Position numbers and translations under genes: made by a program. Shown here piece after piece: positions 62,081-64,000 of a stretch of DNA of 64,000 nt; position 1 is the first letter of the stretch; each line of letters starts with the position of its first letter. Under the pieces are notes generated by a model that was not told the origin of the DNA, ran no database searches, and saw nothing but the letters and a program-made list of their open reading frames with translations. This stretch comes from a virus (Duplodnaviria > Caudoviricetes). The DNA is taken from positions 7,224-71,223 of IMG/VR virus record IMGVR_UViG_3300043255_000003; one strand, 5' to 3'.

Positions 62081-63271
62081 TCATTGCTGAAGGGTCAGCA
62101 CTACATTGAAATCGTTTTCAACTTCCTCGCGGGCGTCCTCTGGATCGTCGCCGTTACGGATCAGCTTGTTCATCTGTTCGATGGCGGCTTCCTTCGCCAT
62201 CGCCTTGGTGATCGGAATCCGGTCGTTCGGGTCCTGCGGGTTGACCGCAACCTTGACCGGCAGTTGCGTGGCCGGATCAACGTCATCGATGATGTCGTAC
62301 TCGACCGGCCCATTAACAATCGCGTCAACCTGCGGCGTGATGCCCGCGACCTCTTGGAAATTTCCGTCGTCACCTCGGAAGAACTGACGCAGAGAGCCGT
62401 CGGCGGTGTAGCCAATGATCGCTGTATTGGACTGCGCATTTTGCGCGTTTGCTTCCGCGTTGATTCGTGCCGAGTCCGCGCCCTGCTGCGCGATGACCTG
62501 CTGCTGCCGGAACTGTTCGCCGGGGCTGCGAAGGGCAGCCGCTTCCCTCGATTCCTCGATGGTCTTGCCCGGCAACTCACGGAACCTGACACCGCTGGGG
62601 TCTTGTATGAACGTGTTGTTGGCACCTCCCATGTGCAACCTGACCGAACCTTCAGGCAGGTCGCTACTCGGTGGCCGGGAGATCTCGCGGCTGCCATCTG
62701 GTGACACGTTGGCCAGCGAGACCGGCGTTTGCCTGTCGGTAACCGGGGCGATCACTGGCGGCGGTTCCTCCAACGGCGAGGCGGTCTGTTCACTGCCCGG
62801 CGTGCCATCTGTCTGGACGGCTCCCGGCTCACCCTCTGGTGGTCGCGGCGGGTTGGCGGCGTTCGCCTCGTTCGGCAATGCGCCCAAGAACCCACGCGCA
62901 CCACGCACGATTGGCATGATCGGCGCGGTCACGTCTCGGGCCAGAGCGCCCGCTGTCTGGACGGCGTTCGCCCCCACCTCGAAAGCAGTCGTGCCGACCT
63001 CGCCTAACGTCCGGCGAATGTTGCGGCCCACGTCTTCAGCCGACTCGGCGTTCGCCACAGATCTGGCAGTGTGTGGAATGTGAGCAGCAGCTTCACGAAT
63101 CTCTTCGCCCTGTTCGTTGAACTGCCGACGCGTTTCTGGGAACGCACCCTCGACAAGTTCGCCTGCGTTGCGGGCGAGATCGCGACCGAACTCTAATGGT
63201 CCACCGCCACCTTGAGGTGGGCGTTTGATCCGGCGCTGGTCTCTGCGTTTCTTCCGGTCTGATGCTGCCAT
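62081..63271 (-). CDS. Internal virion (ejection) protein
   Basis: 396 aa, flexible P/G/A/Q-rich, directly upstream of the giant gene. RBS GGAG. Confidence 0.6.
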   Translation of the reverse strand: MAASDRKKRRDQRRIKRPPQGGGGPLEFGRDLARNAGELVEGAFPETRRQFNEQGEEIREAAAHIPHTARSVANAESAEDVGRNIRRTLGEVGTTAFEVGANAVQTAGALARDVTAPIMPIVRGARGFLGALPNEANAANPPRPPEGEPGAVQTDGTPGSEQTASPLEEPPPVIAPVTDRQTPVSLANVSPDGSREISRPPSSDLPEGSVRLHMGGANNTFIQDPSGVRFRELPGKTIEESREAAALRSPGEQFRQQQVIAQQGADSARINAEANAQNAQSNTAIIGYTADGSLRQFFRGDDGNFQEVAGITPQVDAIVNGPVEYDIIDDVDPATQLPVKVAVNPQDPNDRIPITKAMAKEAAIEQMNKLIRNGDDPEDAREEVENDFNVVLTLQQ

Positions 63272-63280
63272 GACTATCTC

Positions 63281-64000
63281 CTAGTCGCACGAACACGTTC
63301 TAATGTGCGCCTGCGAAAACTGACTCGCTATATTATTGTTGGTGGACTGACTGAGCGAATTGCTGAACGATGTGCCGATGCTGTAACTCGATGAGTTGCT
63401 GACCACGTTCGAGAAGTTGAACGTCGCTAGTGCCGCCGAGCCTAACTGGCCAGCAATACGTGCGCCAGCGATCACCTGTTCACTCAGCAGGTTCAGCTTG
63501 GTCGCCAGTTCCTCGACCTTCACGCGGGCGGTGTCAACGTCCTTTCTGCCCTTCGCCTCGAATGCCGCGATGTCTGCCCTGAACACGTCCGCTTCTGCAC
63601 CATAGCGCGACGCTTCAGCTTGCGTCTCGCCGACGAAACCACGCACCTGTGCATCATAGATTGCCGCCTCCGCATTGGACTGATCGACAAGGACCCGCGC
63701 TGAATCCACTTCACGGGTGGACACCGCCTCGAAGCCAGTAATGTCTGCACGATGCTTGTCGATCTCACCTGTGAACCGACGCGCTTCGCCATCAACCTGC
63801 GCTGCGTAGGCGCGATTCTTCGAGTCGAACTTGTCGTTGTTCACCCGAGCAGTGTCCACGATGATCGTCGCACCACTGACATCACGGTTGACCTCGGCAG
63901 AGAACGCATCGATCTCACCACGAAACTGATCAACGTCAGCGCCGACACGTCTGGCTTCGGCATCCGAACTGGATGCGAACTTCCGCACCTGCGAATCAAA
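63281..64000 (-). CDS. Virion coiled-coil protein (partial, starts beyond the right edge)
   Basis: Open frame with repeated F-x-x-x-V-D/Y-x-A-x-V heptads and a Ser-rich C-terminus (VSNSSSYSIGTSFS). It is the only long frame here. Confidence 0.6.
   Translation of the reverse strand, partial: FDSQVRKFASSSDAEARRVGADVDQFRGEIDAFSAEVNRDVSGATIIVDTARVNNDKFDSKNRAYAAQVDGEARRFTGEIDKHRADITGFEAVSTREVDSARVLVDQSNAEAAIYDAQVRGFVGETQAEASRYGAEADVFRADIAAFEAKGRKDVDTARVKVEELATKLNLLSEQVIAGARIAGQLGSAALATFNFSNVVSNSSSYSIGTSFSNSLSQSTNNNIASQFSQAHIRTCSCD

Noticed and set aside
1-64000. tRNA, rRNA, CRISPR arrays, IS elements, introns/inteins, integrase
   Set aside because: No cloverleaf, rRNA-like, repeat-spacer, transposase, homing-endonuclease or recombinase signatures were recognised by eye. 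tRNAscan/ARAGORN and HMM searches would be needed to exclude them formally.

Overview
This window is most of a tailed dsDNA phage genome, podovirus-like, with a P22-type portal and an N4-gp56/DUF4043-type capsid. It is probably circularly permuted and only slightly longer than 64 kb, because the virion operon runs off both edges on the same strand. The host is likely a proteobacterium (CsrA, sigma70-like promoter, T7-type amidase), but this is inference. The minus strand from 34993 to <1 carries a Cro-like regulator, a lambda-O-like initiator with iterons, a helicase-loader-like gene, many small accessory genes (including a sulfotransferase and exported Fn3 proteins), RusA, TerS/TerL, portal, scaffold, capsid, adaptor and tail/virion genes. 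The plus strand from 35306 to 50933 is an early operon: TMEM65-like membrane protein, MoxR AAA+ / DUF3150-like / peptidase-vWA triad, many small ORFs, a SAM methyltransferase, a Cas4-like exonuclease, RecT, CsrA and a Rad50-like ATPase. The minus strand from >64000 to 51075 carries internal virion proteins, a 3129-aa polyvalent ejection protein and a lysis cassette. No integrase, CI, DNA polymerase, RT, tRNA or CRISPR array was recognised. The three most striking signals are: (1) three complete, covarying type II hammerhead ribozymes placed exactly between a stop codon and the next RBS in the early operon, two of them bracketing a single gene; (2) three RBS-equipped small ORFs overprinted in the same +1 frame inside the giant gene; (3) two CsrA-fold genes, a stereotyped double-GGA RBS on 10 early genes, and an identical 14-nt hairpin motif 32-33 nt upstream of two late genes. 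Together these suggest a phage relying heavily on post-transcriptional control. All family assignments are motif recognition by eye, not database searches.
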